A stretch of 64,000 nt of DNA from an uncultured Alteromonas sp. (GCA_964601635.1 CAZROH010000001.1:18476-82475), one strand, 5' to 3'; positions 47,450-58,749 are shown, counted from the stretch's first letter. The notes: generated by a model from the sequence alone, not told the origin. Numbers and translations: made by a program.

Positions 47450-48811
47450 TTAGCTTTTCTTGACAGGTCGTTGCCAACCTTCAATGTTGCGTTGTTTACT
47501 GCGGGCGACCGCCAGACTGTCAGCAGTAACTTCTGAGGTAATGACAGAACCAGCTCCCACTGTTGCGCCATCGCCTATTTTCACTGGTGCAACTAACGAG
47601 GAATTCGAGCCGATGAATGCGTTTTCACCAATAACCGTTTTTGATTTATTCACGCCATCGTAATTACAGGTAATTGTACCGGCACCGATATTCGCTTTAG
47701 CCCCTATTTCCGCATCACCTAAATAGGTCAGATGATTGGCTTTGGCACCTTCCCCAAGCACGGACTTTTTCATTTCAACAAAATTACCCACTTTAGCGTT
47801 TGCCTTCATGACAGCGCCTGGGCGCAAGCGCGCAAATGGACCTACGGCGCAATTCTCGCCAACCGAAGCCCCTTCGATCACCGAGTGAGAATCGATTACT
47901 GTGTTGTCGCCAATTTCACAATCGATCAATACGCAATTAGGACCGATGGTCACGTTATCACCAATTTTGACGCTGCCTTGCATCACTACATTAATATCAA
48001 TAAACACATCCTGGCCAGTGGTGACATTTCCGCGTACATCAATCCGGGCGGGATCAGCTAGAGTCGCCCCATTGGTCATTAACGTGATTGCTTCACGATG
48101 CTGTAAAGCGCGCTCTATGCTGGCAAGATGCATGCGATTGTTGACCCCCTCAACTTCAACTACCGCATCAGGGTGCGCAGCTTTGATTATTTTTCCTTCT
48201 TTCGCTGCCATTGCGATGACATCGGTGAGGTAATATTCACCCTGCGCATTGTTGTTACTGAGCGATTTTAGCCAGCGTTTTAAGTCTGCACCGCCCATAA
48301 TCATCATCCCGGTATTGATTTCACGGATGCGACGCTGCTCGTCACTTGCGTCTTTGTGTTCCACAATGGCTTTAATCTGCTCACCCTCACGAACTATCCG
48401 TCCCATCCCAGTGGGGTCCTCTAGCTCAACGGTCAGAAGCGCTAAATCACATTCAGATTTCACTGCGACCAGACGTTCAAGGGTTTGCTGTTGTATAAGT
48501 GGCGCATCACCCACTAAGATCATGACGTCTTCATCATCACTAATATGGTCGGCAGCTTGCTGGACCGCATGTCCGGTGCCCAGTTGCTCAGCCTGTAAAC
48601 ACCAATTAAGGTTGTTGCCTTCAATTGCCGCTTGCAGTTGTTCACCACCATGACCATATACTAAATGAACATTCTGCGCTGACATTGCCTCAACGGTGTT
48701 AATAATGCGCTGAACCATGGGGATACCACCCACTTTATGTAATACTTTAGGCAAAGATGACCGCATACGAGTCCCTTTACCTGCAGCCAGAATGACTACT
48801 GAAAACGCCAT
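47450..48811 (-). CDS. glmU: Bifunctional UDP-GlcNAc pyrophosphorylase/GlcN-1-P acetyltransferase
   Basis: [26 protein letters not shown], hexapeptide repeats, TCNYDG; start at MAFSVVIL. Confidence 0.97.
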   Translation of the reverse strand: MAFSVVILAAGKGTRMRSSLPKVLHKVGGIPMVQRIINTVEAMSAQNVHLVYGHGGEQLQAAIEGNNLNWCLQAEQLGTGHAVQQAADHISDDEDVMILVGDAPLIQQQTLERLVAVKSECDLALLTVELEDPTGMGRIVREGEQIKAIVEHKDASDEQRRIREINTGMMIMGGADLKRWLKSLSNNNAQGEYYLTDVIAMAAKEGKIIKAAHPDAVVEVEGVNNRMHLASIERALQHREAITLMTNGATLADPARIDVRGNVTTGQDVFIDINVVMQGSVKIGDNVTIGPNCVLIDCEIGDNTVIDSHSVIEGASVGENCAVGPFARLRPGAVMKANAKVGNFVEMKKSVLGEGAKANHLTYLGDAEIGAKANIGAGTITCNYDGVNKSKTVIGENAFIGSNSSLVAPVKIGDGATVGAGSVITSEVTADSLAVARSKQRNIEGWQRPVKKS

Positions 48812-49032
48812 AAATTGTCCTGTGAATGTGTTAACTAAATTTTTAATTGAGCTAGTGTAACGAAGGCCGCCGGCTAAGTCAGCGACTGAATGGATTATTT
48901 GTCGCAGGCTCAATAAAAGATCACTTTCTAAACCTAGTAGATTAAAGTTTGAGCAGGTATACTAACGCTTCGTAAAATAAGACCAATAAGCGATAATCGC
49001 TTTTAAAATTAGCAATGGAGCGCGCGTAGCCC

Positions 49033-50454
49033 GTGAAAGTCTTTAGGATGTTGCACAGAAGTTTTCTGTTGCTGTTTGCTGTCGTTATTATTTCTCTCGT
49101 TACGCTTATCCATATCAGCATTTCCAATATTGTCGCTGAGCAAAGTCGCGCGCAGCAACAGTCCCTTTCACCCGCCATTTCATTAATCGTCGAACAGTTG
49201 CTCAAGCCATTACACGTTTCAGAAGCACTGGGAAAGTCGCAAGAGGTGAAAACCTTGCTCAATGCGAAAACCGTTGACGAAAAGGCGGTCTTTGAGACAT
49301 TGGAGCGTTTACAGACCGAGTTTGATTTGTTCTTTTTTATCGCAAGCGAACATGCAAGAGTGCAATACGACGCAGATGGTAGTAAACGCTCACTTACCGA
49401 GGGTGATGTAAGTTGGTATTTCAAATACAAAGATTTGCCGCAAAATAAAGTCGCGGATATCGGCAAATGGGAAGATCCTCACTTCTACATTGATATTAAA
49501 ATGTTTAACGATTATGGCGAGTTTCTGGGCTTTTTCGGGATCGGAAAAAGCCTGCGTAGTTTTCTCACCGTATTTGATACTTATAAACAGCAATTCGGTT
49601 ATGACTTTTTGTTTGTCGATGACAATGGCGACATTATGTTGTCTTCTGATCCAGCACTAATGGCAGACAATTCTAATTTCACCAACCTTTCGGAATTAGC
49701 CTGGTATGCCAGCCTCCCCTCAAGTGTGCAAAGTAAACGCGATTTGAATAACCGATTAGTTAGTATCGAACATGAAGACTACCTGATAGCAGAAGTTAAG
49801 TTGAACCAGTTTAACTGGACAGTCTACCTGCTGAGCCCATTACAAAAACGCCAGTCTGAAATTTCCCAGGGGTTTATCGTAAGTGTTATTACGCTTATGA
49901 TTGTGGTGTTTTCTCTGTTCCTGACGGTTTATCACCTATTATATTATTTCCGCCGCGACATCAGCGCCGACATTGTCATTCGCAACAATCATCGACTTCC
50001 GCCCCGCGAGGAAATGGAGTCGTTCTATCAGGACATGCTCAATAAGCATCAATCATTGAGTATTATTCTGGTCGATGTGGATAACTTCTCACAATTAAGT
50101 GATACCTATGGACGCAATGTCGGCGATGATGTGCTGGATAAAGTCGCCTCGTACTTATCCAGTCAACTGGAAAATAGAGATGTGCTGGGGCGATGGAGTA
50201 GTGAAGAGTTCATCATTTTGCGTCCACGATCAGGTCCGCATGATGCATTCGAATTCGCCCAGCAACTTCGCTATGGGATTGCTACCATGCCAGGCCCCGA
50301 CAGTCAGCCGGATTTGCAACTTACCGCCTCATTTGGAGTTTCATTTACGGCTACCCCACGTCCCATGGGGGAGGTGACTATCAATGCTGAAGATGCACTA
50401 TACCAGGCCAGACGGGACGGATGTAATCTCGTCCGTATGCAGTTAATCGAGTAA
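49033..50454 (+). CDS. Periplasmic-sensor (Cache-like) GGDEF-domain protein with degenerate active site
   Basis: Two TM segments flanking a periplasmic domain; GGDEF fold with RWSSEEF. Confidence 0.85.
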   Translation: MKVFRMLHRSFLLLFAVVIISLVTLIHISISNIVAEQSRAQQQSLSPAISLIVEQLLKPLHVSEALGKSQEVKTLLNAKTVDEKAVFETLERLQTEFDLFFFIASEHARVQYDADGSKRSLTEGDVSWYFKYKDLPQNKVADIGKWEDPHFYIDIKMFNDYGEFLGFFGIGKSLRSFLTVFDTYKQQFGYDFLFVDDNGDIMLSSDPALMADNSNFTNLSELAWYASLPSSVQSKRDLNNRLVSIEHEDYLIAEVKLNQFNWTVYLLSPLQKRQSEISQGFIVSVITLMIVVFSLFLTVYHLLYYFRRDISADIVIRNNHRLPPREEMESFYQDMLNKHQSLSIILVDVDNFSQLSDTYGRNVGDDVLDKVASYLSSQLENRDVLGRWSSEEFIILRPRSGPHDAFEFAQQLRYGIATMPGPDSQPDLQLTASFGVSFTATPRPMGEVTINAEDALYQARRDGCNLVRMQLIE

Positions 50455-50461
50455 AGTGCAG

Positions 50462-50498
50462 AAAAAGGGAGGCATCAGGATGAATACTCCCTTTTTTT
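50462..50498. terminator. Bidirectional terminator
   Basis: AAAAAGGGAG ... CTCCCTTTTTTT between convergent genes. Confidence 0.65.
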
Positions 50499-50503
50499 GA
50501 AAC

Positions 50504-51391
50504 CTAAACAGGGACTCTGCGACGCCTGAATACGGACACCGATAATCCGGTAGTTAGTGCAACGCCGGTTAAAATCAACCCACCTCCAACCAGAGTTTGC
50601 GGTGAAAGTTTTTCGCTAAGAAAGACTAATCCCCACACGATTCCGAATAGGGGCACCAAATACGCCACTGTTATTGCCTTTGCCGGTCCCAGATTAGCGA
50701 TTAAACTAAAATACAAAATATAGGCAACGCCCGTTCCCAGCAAAGCCAACGCAATCGCATTATTCCAGGCAACGACCGAAGGCATGGTTTCAGGCAGGGT
50801 ATAAAGTGCCAGGGGCAATAACAATAACGAAGCTGATGCCTGGCTACCGGTTGCAACAGCCAGTGGCTTCACTCCCTGAAGGTATTTTTTCATCATACTC
50901 GCGGCTAAGCCATAACAGGTAGTAGCCAGTAAGGCGGTAATAATAGGCAAAATACTAATGCCTTGATCACCTATTTTTTGTTCACTGATAACCGCCACCC
51001 CGGTAAAGCCAATCAATAAGCCAACAACGGCTTTTTTTGTCAACCTGTCGCTCAGCCAAAGAAATGCGATTAACGCTCCAAACATGGGTGCGGTTGCATT
51101 TAAAATAGCGTTTACCCCAGCCTCCAGATGTAAACTACTGTAATTAAATAATGCAAAGGGAATGGCTGTATTTATCGCACCTATGAGCGCAATGGCTTTC
51201 CAATGGGCCAGCATGTCACCCATCCCTCCCCGAATGGCCAATACCATCAGCAGCACCAATGTCGCCAGCAATGTGCGCACTTCAACCAGCGCAAAAATGC
51301 CAAACTCAGGCACCGCCACACGCATAAAAATAAAGGACCCGCCCCAAATCGCACCTAATAAAAGTAAGGCAAGTAAATCTTTTACTGGCAT
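50504..51391 (-). CDS. DMT/EamA-family transporter
   Basis: IWGGSFIF, AILNATAPMF, VAYLVPLFG; 10 TM. Confidence 0.9.
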   Translation of the reverse strand: MPVKDLLALLLLGAIWGGSFIFMRVAVPEFGIFALVEVRTLLATLVLLMVLAIRGGMGDMLAHWKAIALIGAINTAIPFALFNYSSLHLEAGVNAILNATAPMFGALIAFLWLSDRLTKKAVVGLLIGFTGVAVISEQKIGDQGISILPIITALLATTCYGLAASMMKKYLQGVKPLAVATGSQASASLLLLPLALYTLPETMPSVVAWNNAIALALLGTGVAYILYFSLIANLGPAKAITVAYLVPLFGIVWGLVFLSEKLSPQTLVGGGLILTGVALTTGLSVSVFRRRRVPV

Positions 51392-51852
51392 GCCAGTTTC
51401 CTTTTTTCCAGTTCCAATAGATAAGCTTTTCGTTCTAAACCACCGGCATAACCGGTCAATGTGCCGTTACTTCCGATAATTCTATGGCAGGGTATAGCGA
51501 TAGCAATCGGATTGCGACTGTTTGCCATCCCTACCGCACGAACGGCTTTCTCATTTTCGATGTGGCGGGCAATTTCGGCATAACTGGCCGTTTGACCGTA
51601 TGGGATCGACTGCAACGCTCGCCAGACTTGCTGTTGGAATGGTGTCCCCTGAGGACAAAGCGATAATGAAAACTCGGTTAGTTGATTGGCAAAATACGCT
51701 GCAAGTTGATCGCAACCTTGTTGCGTATGTGTATTCGGAGCGAAGCTTCTCATCTGCTCGCAAAATTTAATCGCGGTCACTCCGTCATGGCTCGCAATCA
51801 CCTCGATTACCCCCAACGGGGTGGTCATAAACTGATTATATTCGTTAAACAT
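51382..51852 (-). CDS. ogt: Methylated-DNA--protein-cysteine methyltransferase
   Basis: GTPFQQQVW, IPYGQT, IPCHRII active-site Cys. Confidence 0.92.
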   Translation of the reverse strand: MFNEYNQFMTTPLGVIEVIASHDGVTAIKFCEQMRSFAPNTHTQQGCDQLAAYFANQLTEFSLSLCPQGTPFQQQVWRALQSIPYGQTASYAEIARHIENEKAVRAVGMANSRNPIAIAIPCHRIIGSNGTLTGYAGGLERKAYLLELEKRKLACQ

Positions 51853-51854
51853 TG

Positions 51855-53249
51855 CTAAATTTCCGTTGTCGCTAGATGCCACAGGTTTAAGGTTAGGTAA
51901 CTTCCCCACGGCGAAGCCTTAGCTGGGTTGATGGCTAACTTTTTGATCATGTTCCTGACCACCAAATCCCCGGCAAGAAAAATATTCGGGTCACCACATC
52001 CGCGCAGCAAATAGTAATTAAGGGTCCATTCGCCGATCCCTTTAATGTCCAGGATCGCAGCGTTAGATGGATTATTATCATTGGCTTCTAAACATACCGT
52101 AGCAAATTGCTGTAACGCTTTCTTACGTTGCTCAGGCATACGTAAAAAAGCCAAATCACTCGCTGCCACCTGACACGGTGAAGGAAACATAGCGCCATAT
52201 TGTGATGACGCGGATAAATTAGCCACCAATCTGTTTAGTTGAGTCGTGGCAGCTCGTAAGCTGACTTGTTGACCCAGGATGGCTCGACAGCCGGCTTCAA
52301 ACGAACTAAACGCACCAGGGATTCGTATCCCTTCACACACTTGCGCTTTGTTTAAGCCGCTGGCTAATAACGCATTTTCAATCAACAGTGGCTCAGTTTC
52401 TATATCAAGTACACGACTTATGTTCTGGATTACCTTTTGAAGGTATGTGAATTCCTCTAACTGAATCTCAATATCAAATGCACATTGTTCGGCCCGGTGC
52501 GTCGCTATTACATGTCCTTTTGCCCCTGCTATCTGGAATGCTCGCGAATAACTGTCATCGGTAATGGTTTCCACTGACGCAATCGCTCGCGTTCGAAGAA
52601 AGTCACGGACCCACTGCCAGTTGTAAGGAGGACGATAGGCAAGTGAAAGTTTAACAGCAGGCAAAGGTAGCTGAGCGGTATTGATGGGTTCCAGCTTTCT
52701 TAGATGCGTTGGCGTCAGTTCCCAATGTTGCTTTATTTGGCTTTGCAAGCGTCGAGCCGATGAGAACCCGGCAGCCGCGGCGATCATTTCAACTGGAAGC
52801 CTGGTATCCTGCAGCAAGCGCTTCGCTAGCATCAACTGACTAAATAACTGAAACCGTTTTGGATTGACCCCCAGATTTTCAGCAAATAACTTATTGAGAT
52901 AGCGCGTGCTGATGCCTAATCTTGAGGCGATAACCTCAACAGACTGGATAGGTATTTCACTAAGCAAAGTCTGGGCCCGCCTGATGGTGGTATTTACACC
53001 TTGCCAGGCATATGACCCTGGGGCGCTATCAGGCCGGCAGCGTAAACAAGGACGATAACCTTTTTCCATTGCCTGCGCGGCCAATAGATAGTACTCCACA
53101 TTCTCTTCTGCTGGTAAACGGGCAGGGCAGATTGGACGGCAGAAAATACCAGTGGTTTTTACGGCCACGAAAAACTTTCCGTCAAAACGTTTGTCACGAC
53201 TTTCTCTGGCGACCTTAAAGCTGTGTGACGCACTATCTGTGTTGATCAT
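51855..53249 (-). CDS. alkA: Ada-N/AraC-AlkA fusion DNA-3-methyladenine glycosylase
   Basis: Ada Zn site (TTGIFCRPIC..RPCLRC), AraC HTH, AILGQQVS, HhH IKGIGEWT, PWGSY. Confidence 0.88.
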   Translation of the reverse strand: MINTDSASHSFKVARESRDKRFDGKFFVAVKTTGIFCRPICPARLPAEENVEYYLLAAQAMEKGYRPCLRCRPDSAPGSYAWQGVNTTIRRAQTLLSEIPIQSVEVIASRLGISTRYLNKLFAENLGVNPKRFQLFSQLMLAKRLLQDTRLPVEMIAAAAGFSSARRLQSQIKQHWELTPTHLRKLEPINTAQLPLPAVKLSLAYRPPYNWQWVRDFLRTRAIASVETITDDSYSRAFQIAGAKGHVIATHRAEQCAFDIEIQLEEFTYLQKVIQNISRVLDIETEPLLIENALLASGLNKAQVCEGIRIPGAFSSFEAGCRAILGQQVSLRAATTQLNRLVANLSASSQYGAMFPSPCQVAASDLAFLRMPEQRKKALQQFATVCLEANDNNPSNAAILDIKGIGEWTLNYYLLRGCGDPNIFLAGDLVVRNMIKKLAINPAKASPWGSYLTLNLWHLATTEI

Positions 53250-53483
53250 CTCATATGCCACCCGCTGAAAAAACAGAACAACAGTGTAACCCCGATTGTT
53301 AATCAATATGCGATGAAATCGGAACTAAATAGTACCTTTTTCCGCGTATGGAAAAAATCATGATTACCATTTTCTGCCAATCAGCAGTTGATCCTGAAAT
53401 CACACCCCAGCATAATAGTTGAGTGTGAACCCTTTCCACGCGCTAAAACAATAATCATATTCGGGGTGACATTGCCTAATCTG

Positions 53484-54614
53484 ATGCGATTGTTATCGCA
53501 CTTTTTCCTTATACTCTCCATCTCAACAAGCATCACTGTCGTGCATGCGGCCGAGCAGTGGGTGGAAGATTATGCCCGTCACCTAAACCAACAAGCGCAA
53601 AAATACCGCATTCCCGGATATGCGTTCGTTTATTATCAGCAAGGGGAAACGCCCAAGGTTTTCGTGTATGGGAAAACCCACTCCAATGGACAAGCGATCG
53701 ACCAGGATACAGTTTTTCGCCTGGCGTCAGTGTCAAAAACCTTTACCGGGTTACTGATGGCAAAATTAGTGGAACAGGGCGAATTGAGTTGGGATACAAA
53801 AATTGGCGAACTGGTACCACAGCAAAATTTCTCAGGTAAAGGTATGCAGGCGCTGGCACTTGAGCACATTGTCGGACAATCCAGTGGCTTTATGCCCAAT
53901 GCCTATGACAATTTAATAGAAGCGGATTATTCGCTCGACAAAGTTCTTTCTTATTTGGCGAAGCTGGAACCTATTTGCTCCCCTGGCGAATGTTACACCT
54001 ATCAAAACGCCCTGTTTGGCGCGATCGAAAATTATCTGCTTAATCAGGAGACGTCTTATCATCGGCAACTTCAAGAACAGTTATTCCTTCCGTTAGGAAT
54101 GCAGCATGCCAGCGCTGGTAAAGGTGCTTTATTAAGCTCTGATAAATGGGCCAGACCCCATATTGCCATCGCGCGAAATCGCTGGCGGGAAGGAGATATC
54201 GAAAGTAATTATTATCGTTTTGCGCCAGCGGCAGGAGTGAATGCCAGCATCAGCGACATGACAATTTACCTGCAAGCACTGTTAGGTGAGTTTCCCACTG
54301 TGCTGCCACCGGAGATCATTGAAACAGTGTCAGCACCGAGAGTAAAGACGAAGCGTGAAACCTTCCGCCGTGGCTGGCGGGGCGACTTGCAAGACGCCCA
54401 TTATGGTTTAGGCTGGCGCATATATGATTTCGATGATAAACGCATCATTTATCATGGTGGCTGGGTAAAAGGCTATCGCGCAGATGTAGCGTTTGCCCCT
54501 GATTTTAAGGCTGGTTATGTGATGTTGATGAACGCCGAATCAAATCTTATCAACACCACCACTGCGGAATTTTGGAAACGTTATTTCAAACAGAAAGTAC
54601 CCGCGGCGAACTAA
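53484..54614 (+). CDS. Serine hydrolase, class C beta-lactamase-like
   Basis: Signal peptide; FRLASVSK (SxxK), YQN, HGG. Confidence 0.88.
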   Translation: MRLLSHFFLILSISTSITVVHAAEQWVEDYARHLNQQAQKYRIPGYAFVYYQQGETPKVFVYGKTHSNGQAIDQDTVFRLASVSKTFTGLLMAKLVEQGELSWDTKIGELVPQQNFSGKGMQALALEHIVGQSSGFMPNAYDNLIEADYSLDKVLSYLAKLEPICSPGECYTYQNALFGAIENYLLNQETSYHRQLQEQLFLPLGMQHASAGKGALLSSDKWARPHIAIARNRWREGDIESNYYRFAPAAGVNASISDMTIYLQALLGEFPTVLPPEIIETVSAPRVKTKRETFRRGWRGDLQDAHYGLGWRIYDFDDKRIIYHGGWVKGYRADVAFAPDFKAGYVMLMNAESNLINTTTAEFWKRYFKQKVPAAN

Positions 54615-54635
54615 CTCACCGCGAGCCTTAAACTG

Positions 54636-56546
54636 TTACGTTTTCAAGTAGGTGTAACCACTTAGACAGCTCTCATAAAAATCAGTCCATTTAACCCCTT
54701 CTCTTGGGTTAATCTTCCCTGCTGAGATTTGCTTATCAATCATACGCTTAACATCGGAAGCCATTGCTCGTGGATTATATTGCATGATGTTGAGTACATC
54801 TTCCACCGAAGATCCTTTCACAACTTCCTCTATGTAGAAATCCTGAGGATCATCATCATAACTGAATATGTGAACCTCATTTAAGCGCCCAAACAGGTTG
54901 TGCATATCCCCCATCACATCCTGATAAGCCCCGGTTAAAAATAAACCGATGTGATAGGCTTCGCCTTTTTTAAGCTTATGCATAGGCATGATATCGGTGA
55001 TTTCACGTCCAATAGTAAATTGGTCGATTTTACCATCGCTATCACAAGTGATATCCACTAAAGAGCAGTTTACTGTAGGTTTTTCGTCCATACGGGTTAA
55101 CGGGACCACGGGTAGTAACTGGTCGATTGCCCATGTATCCGCTGCAGACTGAAACACGGAAAAATTACACAGGTATTGCGAAGATAAACTGTAATCCAGT
55201 TCCTGCAACTCTTCCGGCACATATTCCTGAGTAGCGTAGTAAGCATGCAGTTGACCCATAATTTGCCAGTACAAGGTTTCTATCTTGCCCAGCTCTTCCA
55301 AACTCAATACACGCAGCTTAAACGCATCCAGCGCTTGCTCTTTCCACTGCGAGGCGTCATTAAACACCTCCTGCATATTGGTTTGTTCAGCAAAGGATTC
55401 AGCCAGCTCGCGAATATTTTTAACAAAAATATGCTCATCTTCTACTTCACCGGTATCCATGCTTGCACTATCGGAGCGAATCTCACCGACAATCTGCGTT
55501 ACCACACAACTATGATGAGCGGTTATCGCACGGCCACTTTCACTCACCAGGTTTGGATGTGGCACGCCTTCCATGTCGCAGACTTCTTTCATGCCGTAAA
55601 CGACATCAGCCACGTATTCCTGCATGTTATAGTTACGTGAAGACTCATTGGTTGATTTGGTACCATCGTAATCAATGCCCAGGCCACCGCCTACATCGAC
55701 GTAATCGAGCTTAAAGCCCATTTTATGTAATTCTGCATAAATTCGTGCGCCTTCAGTCATGGCTTCTTTTACTGCACGAATATCGGTTAACTGACTGCCA
55801 ATGTGGAAATGTAAAAGCTTCAGGCAATGGCTCATGCCCTGCTCTTCCAGATAACGGGCGGTATTGATTATTTCGGTAATGGTCAAACCAAATTTGGCAC
55901 GTTCACCGCCTGAGCTCTCCCACTTACCTCGTCCTTTAACGGTCATTTTTGCGCGCACACCGATAATCGGGTCAATACCGAGCTCTTTGGATGTTTTTAC
56001 AAGCAGCAGTAATTCAGAATATTTTTCTACCACGACGACCATGCGCCGGCCCAGCTTTCTGCCTAACAATGCAAGCCGCATAAACTCTTCGTCTTTATAT
56101 CCATTTAAGACGGTCAGCGATCCTTCATTGGTATTCATGGCAAGTACGGTGATCAGTTCCGCTTTCGATCCGGCTTCGAGACCATAATTAAATGGTTCTC
56201 CGGCATCGACAATTTCCTCCACCACTTCACGCATTTGGTTTACCTTAACCGGGTAAACACCGTGATACTCCCCTTCATATCCGGCCTCTGCAATAATATC
56301 TCTGAAGGACGTATTCAGCGCAGCAACTTGAGAGCGCAGAATATCGTGAAAGCGCACCACCACGGGAAACTGCACACCTTCATCACAAATTTCATCAATA
56401 ACTGCTTTGAAGTCAATTTTTACGGAAGGATTATTCGGGTCAGGCAATACCTGAACATTACCGTTCTCCCCAATCTGAAAATAACCGCCGCCCCACTGAG
56501 AAACGCCATACATTTTTTCAGCTTGTTCAATGCTCCAATTGGACAA
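54636..56546 (-). CDS. speA: Biosynthetic arginine decarboxylase
   Basis: VYPVKVNQ, EAGSKAE, LHFHIGSQ, DITCDSDG, GAYQDVMGDMHNLFG. Confidence 0.95.
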   Translation of the reverse strand: MSNWSIEQAEKMYGVSQWGGGYFQIGENGNVQVLPDPNNPSVKIDFKAVIDEICDEGVQFPVVVRFHDILRSQVAALNTSFRDIIAEAGYEGEYHGVYPVKVNQMREVVEEIVDAGEPFNYGLEAGSKAELITVLAMNTNEGSLTVLNGYKDEEFMRLALLGRKLGRRMVVVVEKYSELLLLVKTSKELGIDPIIGVRAKMTVKGRGKWESSGGERAKFGLTITEIINTARYLEEQGMSHCLKLLHFHIGSQLTDIRAVKEAMTEGARIYAELHKMGFKLDYVDVGGGLGIDYDGTKSTNESSRNYNMQEYVADVVYGMKEVCDMEGVPHPNLVSESGRAITAHHSCVVTQIVGEIRSDSASMDTGEVEDEHIFVKNIRELAESFAEQTNMQEVFNDASQWKEQALDAFKLRVLSLEELGKIETLYWQIMGQLHAYYATQEYVPEELQELDYSLSSQYLCNFSVFQSAADTWAIDQLLPVVPLTRMDEKPTVNCSLVDITCDSDGKIDQFTIGREITDIMPMHKLKKGEAYHIGLFLTGAYQDVMGDMHNLFGRLNEVHIFSYDDDPQDFYIEEVVKGSSVEDVLNIMQYNPRAMASDVKRMIDKQISAGKINPREGVKWTDFYESCLSGYTYLKT

Positions 56547-56645
56547 TGTAAGTCACCTTTATTGTGGTCAATATAAAAAAATAAATGACGCAAGGTTACG
56601 TCATCAGATCGCCGATATTATAGTAGGCCTTTTGCAGGATGCTAT

Positions 56646-57098
56646 CTAATTAGATGTTCGAGGGAAAATTTTTTCAATATCATCAATATCAGTCTCGATC
56701 CATTGGCTTACCTGCGAATGAAGTTCTTCATCGAGCATCTCGTGAGCCCAATCTAATGCATCCTTTGTATCAGTAGTGCGGTACAAAGGGAATCTCAGCC
56801 CGTCAAAAAATTTAACAAGATGCTCGGCCTGATTGACTGTTGCCTGTAGCCAACACTCTCCTTTCTGGCTTCGTCGGTCAAAACGCACGTCCGTCTTGGC
56901 TACTTCCTGCTTAATGGGTTGCTCGAGTTGCCAACCTCGCATATCGGCGAAGATACAGTATTTGCGTGATCTAAAGCGGCTAATATGCTCAGCAAGTTCA
57001 GACAGATAACTGAGATCAGTAGCCATACTCCACTCACCAGAAAGTTTTATGAGAATAAGATTTTTTACACTGCGAATTGCGAAACTTTTCAAAGACAT
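56646..57098 (-). CDS. Hypothetical protein (STAS/SEC14-like)
   Basis: ILIKLSGEWS..IFADMRGW pattern resembling SpoIIAA-like small proteins. Confidence 0.6.
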   Translation of the reverse strand: MSLKSFAIRSVKNLILIKLSGEWSMATDLSYLSELAEHISRFRSRKYCIFADMRGWQLEQPIKQEVAKTDVRFDRRSQKGECWLQATVNQAEHLVKFFDGLRFPLYRTTDTKDALDWAHEMLDEELHSQVSQWIETDIDDIEKIFPRTSN

Positions 57099-57660
57099 AA
57101 ATTCAGTTTCCACTTCAGAAATCTAGTACACAGAAAACACTGCCAACTACAACGTGGCATGAAACTACGGTACTGCTTTTAAATAGAGCATGCAAAATAA
57201 ATGACAAAAATAGCTCAAAAAATATTAATAATATTAAAGAATGATGCTTGCGTCGGTTATTATCAAAGCGTCCCCTTTATCATCATAAAGTTTAACCACG
57301 CCACGAAAACGCATTAACGCGCCAGTATGCCCATGTTGGATCCTGAGGTGTTGACAAGTTCACCTTGAAACAATGTTGATTTTGACGGTCAGTGGTGACT
57401 GTAAAGCTAAAAATCAGGCCCTTTTTGAATGCTGCCCGCGCTGATGCGCGCAGCCATGAGTCGGAGGTGGATTTTATGGTAACGAATTATCATTTCAGCC
57501 TAACAGCTTTTTATATCACTTCACAGTGCATACCATTTAGGTAGTTCGGATATGCCAACATAAAACGACTGGGATCTAAAATTCACCAAAGTTATTGCCT
57601 TTCCTTCCACTCTTTCCTATTTTTATCAAGTATATCTCCACCCATCAGAAGGAAACTGAT

Positions 57661-58749
57661 ATGTACCTTGTAACGAACAGAGCAATGGGAAATGGCCATA
57701 CCATGCGGGTATTTGGTGATACTCCCAACGCCGCAGGGCCAAACGAACTGAGAATGGTTCAAATCACCGAAAAAAATGGCAAACGTGAAGTCGAGTTAAT
57801 CGATGATGAGCTGTCATCCGCCAAGGTTAAGCAGTTGAAGACAAAGTTTAATTTAGATATCGATACAACGATTCCATGGCATGGTTCGCTTGAGGTAGCT
57901 TGCAACCTCTTTGAAAAATCTCGGGATGAAAATAAGCCTATTTTGGTATTTGTGCATGGGTACAATAACGATGTTAATGACGTGTACAGTACGGCAACTG
58001 AATTAGAACGAATTTATAATATTATTGTTTTACCTTTTACCTGGCCTGCAAATGGCGGTGGTAAAATATCAGGCTCCGCTTCCTATTTGAGTGATAAAGC
58101 GGACGCCAGAGCTTCAGCAGAAGCGTTTAATCGCTTTATCGGTAAGGTCCATTATTTTTACTCGCTGCTAGCGGCAGGATGCGTGAACGAGATCCAACAT
58201 AAAGTAAACGATAAATATCGTGATAAAGACAACCCCATGGCTGCTGCCGCGTTATATACAGAGATGATATCAAAAGCCTGTAAAGTCAAAATCAACTTGT
58301 TATGCCACAGTATGGGCAATTACCTGCTTAAACATTCTATGAAGCAAAGTCACAATACTGCTTCAATGTTGTTATTCGACAACATTAATTTAGTAGCGGC
58401 CGATGCCAACAATGAAGATCACCATGTTTGGGTGGAAAGATTAGACGTTCGTTGCCGCATCAATATTGTGATAAATGAAAATGATGCTGCCCTGCGCGCT
58501 TCGCGCATCAAGCCTGGCGGGGAGCAGTTGGCACGGCTGGGACATTACCTTAAGAAACTCAATAGTGACAATGCAACGTACCTCAATATTACCCATGTTG
58601 AATTTGTTGGTGATGATCACAGTTACTTTAAAGGCAAACCGGTCGCGAAAAACACCAATTTACGCGCTTTGTTTTACGATATATTTCGAGGCGAGAGTGT
58701 CGAGCAACGGCTCACATATTCGGCATCTGAAAACTATTACTTCCTGTAG
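57661..58749 (+). CDS. Alpha/beta hydrolase (DUF900-like)
   Basis: VFVHGYNN, FTWP, CHSMG nucleophile, LVAAD, DHSYF; SD AAGGA before ATG 57661. Confidence 0.85.
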   Translation: MYLVTNRAMGNGHTMRVFGDTPNAAGPNELRMVQITEKNGKREVELIDDELSSAKVKQLKTKFNLDIDTTIPWHGSLEVACNLFEKSRDENKPILVFVHGYNNDVNDVYSTATELERIYNIIVLPFTWPANGGGKISGSASYLSDKADARASAEAFNRFIGKVHYFYSLLAAGCVNEIQHKVNDKYRDKDNPMAAAALYTEMISKACKVKINLLCHSMGNYLLKHSMKQSHNTASMLLFDNINLVAADANNEDHHVWVERLDVRCRINIVINENDAALRASRIKPGGEQLARLGHYLKKLNSDNATYLNITHVEFVGDDHSYFKGKPVAKNTNLRALFYDIFRGESVEQRLTYSASENYYFL

